NCBI GenBank assembly: GCA_012295275.1
Contig: CM022665.1
Span: forward strand, 27,342,001 to 27,406,000
From: Chrysomallon squamiferum
Lineage: Eukaryota > Animalia > Mollusca
Direction of reading: 5' to 3'
Length of the DNA stretch: 64,000 nt
Positions 1 to 13,676 of this stretch are shown here, piece after piece. A program made the translations under genes and the position numbers. A model generated the notes under the pieces. It was not told the origin of the DNA. It saw nothing but the letters and a program-made list of their open reading frames with translations, and did not search any database. How positions within the stretch are numbered: the first letter of the stretch is position 1; every line of letters begins with the position of its first letter.

Positions 1-1292
1 GTCTCCATTTTGAGTTCATGTAAAGATCATTTTATTCCATTTTCGAAAAAAATAAATAAATTATAGGAAAGCAAGAAAAACAGAGAGAAGCCAAAAAAAA
101 TCTCATATCCTGAAAATGAGTTCTTCATAATTATACAAGTTGATCCCATTTTTCTGGGGTTTTAAAATTAATGTGCTTGTGTCCAATTAAGGTTCAAGTA
201 CATTGTACATAATATGCAGTTCAGGAAATGGATTCTATTGAAACTGGATAAAACTTGAAAATATTTTTTTTAAATAATAATAGTTGCATACTTGATCCAT
301 ACACACACACAGAGAGTACATTGTCACTCTTTTCTCTTGCACACAAAGAAAACTTCTTCTGCCCACACATTTTTTTAACACACAGTTGTCTCAGTACTGT
401 TCTTTTAACAGTATTTAAATTAATAGCTATGTCATATACACACACTGAGAGGCAGACAGACACCATCTGGTCTTGTAGAGTCAATTTTTATAACTGACAA
501 TTTACACTCAAAGTAATGCTATTTTGAAATCATTATGACAGTGTTGTTTTTAACATCAGTAAAATAGCTTTTAGACTACACACACAATATTTCATTGAGT
601 ACATTTTCAAATTAAAATGATAACAAAATAAAATTTCTTTCAATTACCTCTGAATTGTTTTAACTGGAAAATTTTAAAATAAAAAATAGTTTTTGTTACC
701 TAAAAATCATTTTAACTAACAATGTTTCTTATTTATAAATATTATTTTTTCTATTATTATTTATTTCCTTTCTATATATATACATTTTTTTTTGTGAATA
801 GTTTTTATTTACATGCAACCTTCTTCTTTTTCCTTTTTTTATATCTTTAATATCATTTTTTACTAACAATATTCTTAATTTAAATTTAATCATTTTTCAT
901 TTCTTTTTTTTTTTTTTTTTATCCTTTAATAGCATTGTTTCAGTCATAATGGTTTCATGATTTAAAGCCAAATCTGTTTATATAAAAATATTTATCTTGG
1001 CCAGACACATTGTTTTCCGTGTGTACAGATCTTTCCTGATGCTTTCAACGCATATGTGATTCCACATCAGGGCATGTGCTGATAATTTCAAGAAGGATGA
1101 ATGCTTGTCATCGTGTTTACATCAGCATCACTTATCTCAACATCATACATCTGTTCTAAGATATTCCACTTCTTGTATATTCTCAACTCACCTTTAACAT
1201 CCTAGCCTTTAAATCATTATGTGTATGTAAGTCTGGGCATATCTGTATGTCTCTTTGTTTATATAAAACTTTTGCATTTTTCTCTTTCTCTC

Positions 1293-1409
1293 TATGTATA
1301 TGTGTGTATGTGTATGTATGTATGTATGTATGTATGTATGTATGTATGTATGTATGTATGTGTATGTATGTATGTATGTATGTATGTATGTATGTATGTA
1401 TGTATGTAT
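1293..1409. repeat. (TATG)n microsatellite
   Basis: Directly visible tetranucleotide array; source of the spurious MYVC-repeat ORFs. Confidence 0.97.
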
Positions 1410-2476
1410 CTATCTCATTCCTTTTCTTTTGCTGGTTTAAATAGGTGGGATTGTGTGGGTTTTTTTTTTAGTATTTAGAATACAATTTATTAGCAAATGA
1501 TTTTCATATTTTAGATGTTAACAAAGAAATGATTTTTTGGTATTAATGATAATAAAAAAAAAAAAGAACCAAAATTCTGTTAATCAGCTGTGTAGTAAAT
1601 GTTTGCCTGATGACAGGGTTAGGACATGATTACAGAAACAAGTAGGATTGTCATCATTATAAAGAAAAAGAAATTGGATAGCAAATAATATCTGATCAGG
1701 TATCACTATACTTCATTACAAAAATAGATGAAATGATTTATTATCTGTGCTCCCTTTGGATCTGTTTAATATATGAATAAAATAACTGTTTCACTATTAT
1801 AACAATTTACTTATCAACTAACACTATTTATTTTTCTAGTATTTCAATTGAACTGTTGATTTCCAGTCTTCAGCATGTCCTTCTCACCTCCTGTCTGAAT
1901 CTGTTCTCTAGACCATTCCTTACTTTTAACTAAATGTTCTTCAGGAATTTGGCTTATTCCTGACATTTCCATAAAAGCTTGCTATCTGGTCAGGCTCAGT
2001 TAATAATGGAGTCTCACCAACATTTTATCTGCAACTTGTGTCATCATGAGCTGGCCATCATGTTGGCTGGCAATGCGAGCAATGACAAGTCTTTGAATCT
2101 CTGGAGACTTTCCACTGGTACTTTATGCTTTGAAAATCAGCTCTGTTATTGTATTAACTGTACTATTTATTTTTCTTTTCCATTTCAATGCAGTTTGGAG
2201 TGAAAGGTGATAGTTAAAAATATGCAAACAGCTGCAGATGTTTGTTGTGTTTTCCTGACATCTATTTGTTTGTGTGTCATCAAACATCATTATTGAAGGA
2301 TTTTTTCCTGTTGTTAAAAAATTAGACATGAAACAATTTTAATGGTTTATTTTTTTAAAGCTCTTTTCTTGTAAAGCAGCATTTTGTTTAGAGGTTGCAT
2401 GGGAGTTTGTTCAGGTGGATATTTTTTTTATTATTGTTTTATTTCAGTTAAAGATAATTTTGATAGTTGTCAGTGC

Positions 2477-2493
2477 AAAAAAAAAAAAAAATA

Positions 2494-2524
<31 letters not shown>

Positions 2525-2640
2525 AATAAAATAAAATAAAATAAAATAAAATAAAATAAAATAAAATAAAATAAAAATAAAATAAAATAAAATAAAATAA
2601 AATAAATAAATAAAATAGTGTAATATAAAAAAAAAAAAAA
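2477..2640. repeat. (AAAAT)n microsatellite flanked by poly-A runs
   Basis: Directly visible. Confidence 0.95.
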
Positions 2641-2736
2641 CTTTATTTGGCTGTTAATATAAAATAATACATAATAATTGATTAAATTCTAATGTTTATA
2701 CATTTTTAAAAGCAACAGTTTATCACAGACTTGGAA

Positions 2737-2830
2737 AAGGGCTGTAGCTGAGTGGTTATAATAGTACTTGCCTAAAATATCTCAGCTATATCCCATTCCA
2801 ACCAGAGCTTTGTATCTGATTTGTTAATGG
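2737..2830 (+). mobile_element. Degenerate tRNA-derived SINE fragment
   Basis: A-box-like head gggctgtagctgagtggtt followed by gctatatcccattccaaccag, a motif that recurs at about 21180 and 40277 (+) and 7238 and 21561 (-). Confidence 0.5.
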
Positions 2831-4636
2831 CCAAAAAAGCATTTATTAATGTATTCCAATCTTGCTATGTAATATAATTTTATATATATAATAATGTATA
2901 TAATTATTTTTATATAAAGTATGGTTTTCATATTCAGTTTAAATTTTATTAAAGCAATTCATTACTTTGAGACAAACAAAAATAATAATAATAATAATGA
3001 AAAAATTAAAGAATAGAAGAGAACAACAGGATAAATGAAAGGGTTAATAATAACAGGCATCATTCTCAGGTTAAATGTTTTATCATAGGGAAGTGAAGAA
3101 AAGTAAAGCAGGAGTGTAAACTCATCACACTGAGAACAAAACAGTCAGAACAGTTTAAACAGCTTTAATGTCTTTCCCCATGCAGGATCACGCTTTGACA
3201 CATCCCAGTGTGGGGCTGAACAGTTTGGTCGTTAAGCCGTTAGATGCTAGTTTCTTAATCACTGATCACAGCAGATGCTTGGTCAGTGCTGTCTAGACGT
3301 GCAGCAGCGGCCGGTAATCACCACGCAGTGTTTGTTTTCAACAAGCCCTCCGCCAACACCCAATGCACAGTGCATTGGATAATTTTCTGAAATTTATTTG
3401 TTTTCGCCTGTTCTTTGATCATGGCAGCAGGCCATTGTTGTCTTTTATTGTTGTAATAATAACACTGCTGTTCCATCATCATCTCATGCCAAGCTGTCAG
3501 TATAATTTGACAAAAACAAACCCCCACCAATATCATTGATAGTCATATCGGCCCAGCATGGCCATCTCTGATTTTTTTGTGGTCAGTTGTGGTAATTGGT
3601 GTGAAATATTTCACATTTGTCAATTAATATTTGCTTCCGATGAAAGAATTATTCTGTTATCTTTCTGTAATGAATGCCATCAATGAAAGAATGTTTTAAT
3701 TATCTTAGTGTCTGGATGCATTTCTGATTGTTTTTATATATACACCGAGGCCATTTAAGCTAATTCATTGATAGCTGAATAAATGAATAAATGACTGATG
3801 ATATGCAGCACAAAGAAAATACCAGCTATTAAGTGTCAGCAGAACTGGTAATAATGACACAGTGATGGTTATTTACAAAATGAATTTTATTATACAGAGC
3901 ATAAAATTACTTTACATAATGTCTTTAAAAGAAAAGCATGGAAGTCAAATATAATTGAACCATGTTAACAAAGACTTTGATAATAAAATTGTAGTCATAC
4001 ATCTAAGCTCATAAAAGTTATAAAATATGTCTAAAGTATAATAAATTATGAATGATTAATATCAAAAATATAATTAAAAAATGTGAAAATTGTAATATAC
4101 ATTTTTAAAGATTAGAAAAATGTATTATATGGATTATTTAACAAATACCTTTTTATAATAATATATTCATATATGTGTTGTTATAACAACTGATAATGTA
4201 CAGCTGTTACATCATGGTGATATTACACACAAATAACAAATTGATCTGTTACATAACATTTGTAGTTGATGTACATCTGTGCTGTAGCAAACAGGATTAC
4301 ACAGATGTTCTGTCACACTAAAAAAATGGCTTAATATAACGGAAAGACATTTGTTTTCATTCTATGAAACTCCAAAGTTTTAAATTTACAGAACTATTTT
4401 GTGACTTTATAAATATTTATTAGCCTTTTTTTTTTTTTTTTTTTTTTATGAAAGTTGTATAACACAAGCAAATATATTTATAATTTCTAAAGTTAGATGT
4501 GTTTTAAAAAAATGCATTAACACACATTCACTCACATGAACATAATTTACCTTTAGGTCTACGTATACTGCAGTAGTCATAGTTTCATTAAAACCCTGCC
4601 TTTTTAAATACAATGTTTATTTTTGTGTTTTTGCAG

Positions 4637-4732
4637 AATGAATTATCTCAGAACCTGCAGACTTTGTCAGAAAAAGCCAAATCTGGGACTGAATTTATAC
4701 AGCGACTGAAGGCAATGACAGAGAGTGTAAAT
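4637..4732 (+). CDS. TRIM9: TRIM9-like coding exon, start of coiled-coil (NELSQNLQTLSEKAKSGTEFIQRLKAMTESVN), phase 0-0, 96 nt
   Basis: Acceptor ttttgtgtttttgcag| and donor |gtaagt. Translation closely resembles the recalled invertebrate Trim9 segment ELSHNLQQLSEKARSTTEFIQRLKGM. Not present in the ORF track. Confidence 0.93.
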
Positions 4733-5045
4733 GTAAGTTTTTTTTTTCAATCTTTTTCAAAATAAAATATACCTTTCATTCCAGCTACAAGAAAAAAATA
4801 TTTTTAAAAAGGATAGCTGGTAGAATTTGGGAAAAAAATGACAATGAAGTATAAAAAAAACCAAAAAACGTTGAAACGATTATTAGTTACGAATGTATAT
4901 TGGCTGTATAAAAGCCTCAGAAAAAAAATGTAACAGTCAAAGAAAGGTAAGTTAAGATCATTGCTTTACACTTGGCATTGGTTGTGGTTTGTGTTTCAAT
5001 AAGTTGTGACTCCTTGGCTTGTGGTTCAGTAGGTTGTGGTTCAAT

Positions 5046-5280
5046 GGGTTGTGGCTCAGTGGTTAGAGCAAAGGGCTGAGGAGTGAGGGGCAGAGGATCA
5101 GTGCACCATGACTGATTTATCAGTGATCATGGTGAGTGCTTGACTGTCTTTGGGAAGGACCATATAAATGATTACTTTCTGCTAAACAAAAAGTGCTAGC
5201 AGCAAAGAACAGTTGTTCCTTTTACTGACCACATCTGAGACCAGTTCTTTACCTCAAAAATTATATTAAAATAGCCAAAA
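5046..5280 (+). mobile_element. Degenerate tRNA-derived SINE with Meta/MESC-like core
   Basis: tRNA-like head gttgtggctcagtggttagagc. Core ctgtctttgggaaggaccatataaatgattactttctgctaa is similar to the copy at about 27900 and, from memory, to the molluscan MetaSINE core (CTGTCTGTGGGATGGTGCATATAAAAGATCCCTTGCTGCTAA). Confidence 0.6.
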
Positions 5281-5384
5281 TTATTATTTTGATTTTTGTA
5301 AAATTTCTTATTATAAAGATTAAATTGAACTGATTCTATTAGAAGGCAATTATTTTAAAGAAAAATAGCAAATATAAACAAGAA

Positions 5385-5403
5385 CAGCAGCAGCAGCAGC
5401 AGC

Positions 5404-5473
<70 letters not shown>

Positions 5474-5535
5474 TAAATAATTAGTAATAATAATAATTAA
5501 TAATAATAATAATTAGTAATAATAATAATAATAAA
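5385..5535. repeat. Compound trinucleotide repeat (CAG)n(CAA)n followed by (TAA)n
   Basis: Directly visible; intronic, with no flanking splice signals. Confidence 0.95.
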
Positions 5536-7229
5536 AAAAATAATAAAACAATTTTATCTGTTAATTATGCTTCAAAGATTACCAATATTCATATTACATT
5601 TGGCAGTGTGAATGTAATAAATGATAATTACACACGTCAGATATGGCTTGTGGAGAATGTGCTTCAGGTATTCTGCTGGTGAAATATGTTTATTACCTCA
5701 TCTACTCTTGTTTTGTGCCTGCGAGGCCTGCAGTAAACTCGGCACTGATTGGGTTACATTAGGAAAACATTGCAGGAATATTCCAGTTAAGCCTGCTCAC
5801 TAAATGTATTTGTCTTAGCACAGCAAATACTGACACAACTTCCTACTTCATTCTCGGTCAGGTAATCTTCTACACAGAGTGAAGAAAAGACTAGAATTGC
5901 AGCTAAATGTTTTTTATTTACAGCCATGGGAAACTGAGGTTTAGGTCATGAAAACAGAAAAAGATTGCCTGAAGTGTGGTATGTCTTTGCATCCACTCCC
6001 CATGGTGTAACCTTTAACAATACGTTTTCCTTTGGTTTTTCTTCTTTTTTCTTCTTCTTTATTATTGTTTTTTCTTTTCTTTTGTTTTATTATTAGTCTA
6101 TTTCATGTTAAAATTAGAATCTTTTTACCATTCTTGGCTTAAAGAAACTGAATTTAGATTGTGATTAAAAGAATGCCTGAAAAGTGAAGTCACTTACAGT
6201 AAAAATCATCTTGATGTAACCTCTAACATTTTTTCCCAATCCAACAATTGTTCCATTTAAATTACAGGATTTTAGTTACATCTAAAATCCAGTTTTTACT
6301 AGGATGAACTTCCTTTATGATCTTAGCATCAACTCTTGTAAAATTATATTATAGTTTTTTTCCCATTCCAATCATAATACCCTTTTTGCCAGTTTAATAT
6401 TAAATCAATAAATAATCATTATTATTCATTGCAAGACATCATGGTTTTGTTCCAAAGGAGAAAATGACAATGTAATATGAAGAATAACTTTCCTTTAATG
6501 TTAGCATTATTTTCACATTGGAACCACTGCCAAAATAATCTGCTCTTTGGTATTTAAAATACACATGTATTATTATTATTATTACAGGCTTGTATGTGAG
6601 AATTTTTATTTCTTTGCATAGGCAATTGTATATTTTTCCATTAATCAACACTGTTGTATTTTATATACCATAACATTGGATAATGTACATTTTAGTTGTT
6701 TTCTTAATGGGATGCTGTCCATGTGTTATGAATGCAGTTTAGTTCACTATTAAACTCACTGGCTCGTAAAAGCTACATTTTTATTCATCACTTTTATAGT
6801 AATTACACGCAAATTTTGCTGTTGATCACTCAATAATTCAGACATGTACCACATATAAATGGGATTTTCTTTGACTGCACACAGAATGCAAATTTGTAGC
6901 ACCCAAGTGACTTCACTATAAAATAATGTAGCAAAAACAACATATGTTACAGCAGAAAATTGCTACCTGTTTTAGCCAGTGACAGAACTGGTGAATGGAA
7001 AAAAGCCAGCACTATTAAATATGTAACAGAATAATTGTCAGAGACATCAACTTATTACAACTACATGGGAACTGCAGGGAAAACCTTAATGTGAACCATT
7101 ATTGCTAAATGAAAGTTTAGAGTAAGCATTCATGTGTAAACTTACAAGTTATACAATTTGTGTTTTAATGTGACAGAATACCCAATTTATGTTTTAGACT
7201 CAGAATATTATACCTTAAGGAATACATAC

Positions 7230-7300
7230 TTTGGATTACTGGTTGGAATGAGACATAGCCTAGGAGGCACACCGGTAGGGTTGATCCCATGACATTTCAA
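7230..7300 (-). mobile_element. SINE fragment, reverse orientation
   Basis: ctggttggaatgagacatagcc...gggttgatccc is similar to ctggctggaatgggaaatagcccaatg at 21560. Confidence 0.45.
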
Positions 7301-9019
7301 GTCTAACACCTTCTTTCTAACATAATCATAATTATTCTGAATGCTGTATTGGTGGATATAACAGTTTTGGGCTGCAGTGATTGATTATCTGATATGTCAT
7401 GCTGAAATTATCTCCTTCCTTTCTGCTGGTGATATTGACCCAAGTTTTCTATAAATCTTTGGTATTGAAACCAAATAGTCTGGATAGTTGACATTATCTC
7501 CATAGACAAAGTCATCTATAAATCTAGGGTTTTGAAACCAAACTGTATATCTGACATTCCATGATCAGTCTATTTTCAATGACTTCAGCTGTACTAAATC
7601 ATAAAAACAATCAATAAAAGCTGTCACGAATGTTCGTTATTGAACTCAAAACAGTATAGATGACAAAACCAGACTGTAAGTACGAAAGACATTATTTCTA
7701 ATAATTATTGCTGCTATTAGTTGATGATTATTGGAGAATCTCCGCAGCTGAAGTCATGGCCATTGAAAATTACAGAGTTAAACCAAAGTGTGTGTATGTG
7801 GTTGGTGTTATTTGTAGGAACTGTCAGAGTATAGACTCTCAATCATATTGAAAGTGACATCCTGACTGCACGTTTCCCCTTTCACAAACAGGCTGATTGA
7901 GTTTCCACACGGAAATGATCATCAGTCATTGTGTGGAAGGTTCATGAAACCATCTTTTAGCATGGGGAAGCATGACTTTCTCTTCCATTAATAGGATGTT
8001 GATCAGAGGGTTTGGCTTTCACCGTAGTCTCTGCTATGAACAGATCAATATAAATGTGTATATATGTAAAAAGAAAACCTTACACCGTCAGCTTCCCATT
8101 AGCTTCTGTTTAGCAACCTTAAGAATATGGGATTGAAGGCTTTTGTTTCAATTTTACTGTCTTTAGAGTTTTAATGTCAAAGTTTGAGGTTTGATTACAA
8201 GAATATATGTAACCATTGATCCTAATGATGTTTTGACTCTGTATGTATAATATTATATTTAGCAGCCATGTTATTTGTTTCTTGTGATTGATATTTTAAA
8301 GGTCACTGTGGTAGAGAAAAAGAATATTGAACATGTTTTTATTATCTTTTTCTGAAATGTGATTTTAAGTGCTCCTGTGTATAATAATTCTTTTTTCGTT
8401 TTTGAGTTTCCTGGAAAAGCTTATCTGAAGTACATAAAATTATTGTAAATCAGTGTTTCATTTATGTGTATTTTACTGAAACAATGCATCAAAATATTTT
8501 TGTATACATATAAGATAATAAAAACAAATATCACAGTGTTTGTTAAGCCAGACATGGGACATTGACTGGAATGTCAAATAACTGGTACTTGTAACAACAA
8601 AATCTTTGTCTTCATGGACTATATCAGAAACCCTTTACACCTTACTAAATAATTAGAAAAAAAAAAATGTCTAAAAATTGATATATGAGAACATATTTAA
8701 CACTGATCTGCTATATCACCATACACTAATAATGTACTGCTTGAAGGTGATGAAATCTTGTGATTCCCATCACCATGTTTGTTAAGAGACATTCGACATT
8801 TGTCAAACTATTACATCTAGGTTTTTTCTTTGCCTTAGTTCTTGATTTTCAACATCAGAGAGTGCAGCCACAGAAGAATCTAATTTAAAAAAATCTCGAT
8901 ATTGACCAGTTTCTCTCATTTGTTGTCTGGAATCTGTCTCCAGTGAACACCATTAAACAAAAAGAGATTTTCTCTCAGCCTATTTACTGCAATCTCATTA
9001 GTACTTCATCAGTGGAACA

Positions 9020-9470
9020 GAGATGATTGTAACAACCAGATTGTGAGGGTATTAATAAACTGAAAATTGTAACCACCAGACTGTGATGGTATTAGTAAAC
9101 TAGAAGTTTTAACCACTAGTCTGAGGGTATTACTAAACTGGAAATTGTAACCACCAGACTATGAAGATAGTAAATGGAAATTGTAACCACCAGACGATGA
9201 AGATAGCAAACTGGAAATTGTAACCACCAAACTATGAAGATTATTATGTTGTAAATTGTAACTCTCTGTGAAATTATTAGTAAACTAAAAACTATAATCA
9301 ACAGATTTTTTGGTAATGGTAACTTCAAAATTGTAGTTATCAGGCTATAAAGATGATATCAGTAAAGTGGAAACTATACTAGTCTTTGAAGATAAAGGTA
9401 TTAACAAACTGTAAATTGTAACTTTCAGACTGTGAAAGTGTTAGTAAATGGAAAATTGTCACTGCTCAGA
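9020..9470. repeat. Degenerate minisatellite of about 37 bp (core aaactggaaattgtaaccaccagact)
   Basis: Core recurs at about 9065, 9105, 9142, 9178 and 9215, with decaying copies on both sides. Confidence 0.88.
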
Positions 9471-12400
9471 TTAAGCAGGCATAAATAAAATGGAAATAAT
9501 AAATGCCCAGCATGATATACATAGTGATCTCATCATTTGGATAACTAGGAAATTGTATTAACAAAGTTTTAACAAAAAGGAAAGTTGGACATTCTGCAGA
9601 TGTATGTTCAGCAGAAAGTTGTGCTGTTTTTATATTTTTTATATACCAAGCACTAGTCATGTCACCTAAATGGGGAAGACATGCTAAAAACAAATATATA
9701 TGTATAGAAAAAAAGATGTAGTGATCCATTAGTAGTGATGATTTTCTAAGTAACCACCATCTTGTAGTGACAGGTTTCCTGACAGGAAAATCAATGTATA
9801 GAGTAGTTGCAGAAAGAAGGCCCCTGTGTTTTTCAAGTATTTGTCTTGGCTCTGCTGGCCATGTGCTGGCCTAAATGTCAGAAAAATCACCATCTTCAAG
9901 AGACTGCTGTAATGTCATTAAACATCATTGTAGGTCACTTGTACATTGGTTACTGCATTACAGGACTAGGCTAAATGTATCAGGATGCAGGCTGGCAAGT
10001 ATTAACAGCCTAACATCATGTGTGCATTGCTTTTGGCACCAGTCCACAAATAACATAATTATGAAGACGTATTTGGTTGTGTGACCTTTGATTTTATGTT
10101 CTGTTTCAAGTGAGCTCTTTTATTTGTCAAAGCAAATTGAGTGGTATTTGAAAGTGTTTTTGTTTGTCTTGTGACACACAGATATGTAATTGCTTTATTT
10201 GTTCCCTACATTGTTCTGTAGTTCTGCTATTTGCTTTCACTTTCCAGGGTAGTCTACGCAGGACATGATTTCTATCTATGTGGTGTTTGAGTGTGTTTGT
10301 GAATGTGTTTGTGTGTGTGTGTGTGTGTCTGTATGGGTTCATATATGTATGAACAAGCAGTATATGTAGGTGGGTAGTTACTGTAAATTAATTTATCTTC
10401 AACCATTTCATATTATCAACATCACAATACTGATACATAAATTACACCTAAGTTTATGATCTATTCAAATAGGTCTATTGATCACACTAAATATTTACAT
10501 ATAGGCATTCATCTAAGGAACATAAAATACATTTTTTAATTCTGCAGATTAAGAACATGTCTATGCAGAACATCAACATTGTGCTTCTATACAATAAACA
10601 GAAACAAAACAACAGTTAAATTATTTTTTTTTATTACAATGTTTTGTTACTCTTCAAAGATGTTTTTAATTTTAAATTTGTTAAGGTCAGAAATTTTGAT
10701 TCATTTCTGATACACATCATCAGTTTTTATTCAGCCATGATACACATTTTGAATATTAAGATCAAAGTAAATGATATTACAGTTGCATTATTAAAAACAT
10801 ACTAAATATGATTATTTATCATAATTTCCTTTATTCAGAATAATTTTGAAATACTCCAGTATATTAAGAACTTCACAAAGTATAAGCCTTTTAGATAATT
10901 AATGTAATTTTAACTCTTATGTAGACAGTGATTTTTATAAGTTACACTGTCTGTTCAAAAACTTTACCAAATATATTACATTATATACTTTTTGTTTATT
11001 TATTTTTACTTGGACTTGTAGGTTTTCAAAGCACTACTATTGCCTGTTCAAAAACTATTAAAATTAATTAATCATTTGTCATTTTTACTTTTAAAAAGAC
11101 TGAGGAGGACAATTCTGTTGTCATTTCAGACTGTGAACTAAATTTAGTTAATATTATGTTATTCTACCTGGACAGGTGCTGATGTACCCACAATGCTGAA
11201 ACATGGGTGAACAGTTGTGGATAATGATTTCTGTTGAGAATTGCTGGTTGTTAACGTTTTTGACAGTTTGAAGTCAGGCTGGGTTCAGTCAGTACACATG
11301 TGTATAATTTTTGCACTCTAAAAGATGCACCGTGTGTGTATTAATGCACCAGTGATCTGAGTTTCAAGCTCTGGTACACAACTTCACAGGGTTTTGTTTA
11401 CAAACAGCTACTACAGCTGTATCTACTATTGCATACTGACCACTGGCTATTTCCACTGACCTGTCCAGACTCATCCTGAACTCTTTTGTTACAGATCTAA
11501 TCTCATTTCAAGGCTAAACTGAAAAAAAAAAAAAAAATATATATATATATAAACAATAACAACAACAACAGTAGTAGTAATAGCAATATTTAAGGTTTCT
11601 GTTGTAGTATTAGATCTAATGTAGTAGTATACTAGTAGTGATAGTAAAAGTTATAGCAATTAAGGAATCTAGTAACACTACAAATGATATATATGTTTCA
11701 AATAATATTTTTTTCCTTATTGATATTACAGAAAGGCCAATTCACTCTAGATATTATAATTATTATTTTATTTTTTATTTTTTATAAATTAATTCATCTT
11801 CAGCTTCTAGAATTCATAAACTCTGATGGCAGTAAATCTCAACAAGTGGTTTTTATTCTTCCTGTATAAATTTTTAAGTAATTGATGAAGCACCAACTGC
11901 TCTGTTTGTCCACTCCTGTTTTCCATTCAGGGATTTTTTTTTTCCCTAATATTTTAGTTTTGTTTAATAGAAATGGATGAGGAGTAGGATGTCACGGCGA
12001 GGGTTTCAGTATTAATCATCGGACACCTCTGTGTTCAGGGATCATCGTTTCCAATAAGCACCAGTTGTCAGAACTGCCAAAACGTTTGTAATAAAAAATC
12101 ATCAATAACATCACTGCCCGTTTTTGAACGTGAGTCACAAGCACATATTTCAGCACATCTTCTGTCCCTCGCCTGACAAATACACATTTCAAATCTCATT
12201 GGGCATTTGGTCTAAAAGATTCCAGTGGTCAATACCAGTGTATTTTATCAGCTTCGCTGCATTATCAATAGTGAGAGGCAATCAAGGGACTGGTGTATTA
12301 TTCAACCCATGAGATCCATATCAGGACTCAATCAGTAGTTGCTTTTCTAATCAAGCAAAAGACCTGTCAGATTACCAATGACATATGTTGAATATTGCAG

Positions 12401-13522
12401 ATATGTAGCCAGTTGTCATCAAATAAATCTGTCAGCTTGATTGCTCACCTGGTCACCCAGCTCTCAGTTGCGAGGAATCATTTCATATAAAAGAAGAGAT
12501 AAATGAAATATTGTTTTTTTTTCAGAATGATTGATGCTTGCTGTTGTCAGTGACGAATGTCATTTCCAAAAATAATAATTTACGAAAAGAAAAAAAGAGG
12601 CAAATTTTCTGTTGTTCACAATAAAGACACACAGCAGCTACAACAAGTTTGACTATAGCAACATTTAAGCTGCTTAACTGTGACATGAAATTTTCATTGG
12701 ACTAAAAACCTAAGCTAGTTTATCAATTTAATTAATGAAACTGAAATATGAAATAAATTAAATAAATGTGTTTAGCAATATTTCAAGATATTTTAATAAT
12801 AATAACTGTACAATTTGAAAAAAAAAAATAGTAGCAAGTGGTTTTGAATATATGCCTTTTTCCACAGGAAATAACATAGCATTTGAGAAACAATCTGAAG
12901 AACACTAACTGTTCCAGAGTTCAAATAATCATTTAAAAAAAGAACCAAATCATGAAATCTTGGGAAAAGTTTTATTAACTAAAACTGAAAGGTATTCAAT
13001 TACAGCTATATATGTAGAAAGAGTTGTTAATTAGAACCCTGCAGAACAAAGTAAGATAAATAACTTAGCTCTAATTATTAAATATCATCAGGGTGTTTGT
13101 TACTGAATTTCAAATGATAGATAACTTACTTCTAATTAATAAATACAAGAGTTACAGAATTTCAAATGATAAATAACTTACTTCTAATTATTACAAACTA
13201 TCAGCATTGTGCTTGTTACTGGGTTCCAGACAGTGTGTCTGACACCTATTACCAAGTGATTAATTGCTTGCTGGAATGGCTGTTAAAATTTTGCTCCTTC
13301 ATCTAATTTTCACTTGACTGGACGTTTGCTGGAGAAGATGAAACCTAATTAGGATCCACATCTGTTTGTCTTACTCTATCCATATTACTTAGGTTCTGCT
13401 TCTTGAAATAAGATCCATAGTTCACAGTGGAATATAGTAAAATTATTTTTAAAAGCCATGTTTAGTTTGTCTTTAATCACTTTGACTTAGTTTGGTTTTG
13501 CCTGGTTTGGTATGGCTTGATT

Positions 13523-13676
13523 TGGTTTGGATTGTCTTGGTTTTGCTTGTATGGTTTGGATTGTCTTGGTTTTGCTTGTATGGTTTGGAATGACTTGGTT
13601 TTGCTTGTATGGTTTGGAATGACTTGGTTTTGCTTGTATGGTTTGGAATGACTTGGTTTTGCTTGTATGGTTTGAA
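13523..13676. repeat. 29-bp tandem repeat, about 5.3 copies (tggtttggaWtgWcttggttttgcttgta)
   Basis: Units start at 13523, 13552, 13581, 13610 and 13639. Confidence 0.95.

Noticed and set aside
1979-2203. ORF with HQHFICNLCHH, superficially zinc-finger or B-box-like, upstream of the coiled-coil exon
   Set aside because: Cys/His spacing does not fit a TRIM9 B-box, and no convincing in-frame donor was found.
5046-5110. tRNA gene candidates (also 2737 and about 49461)
   Set aside because: Only A-box-like heads; no cloverleaf or intact T-arm; consistent with SINE heads.
5385-5473. (CAG)(CAA)n as a polyglutamine exon
   Set aside because: No acceptor or pyrimidine tract; followed directly by TAA repeats.
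13523-13676. 29-bp and about 37-bp repeats (also 9020-9470) as CRISPR-like arrays
   Set aside because: Head-to-tail tandem units without unique spacers, eukaryotic intron context, no cas genes.
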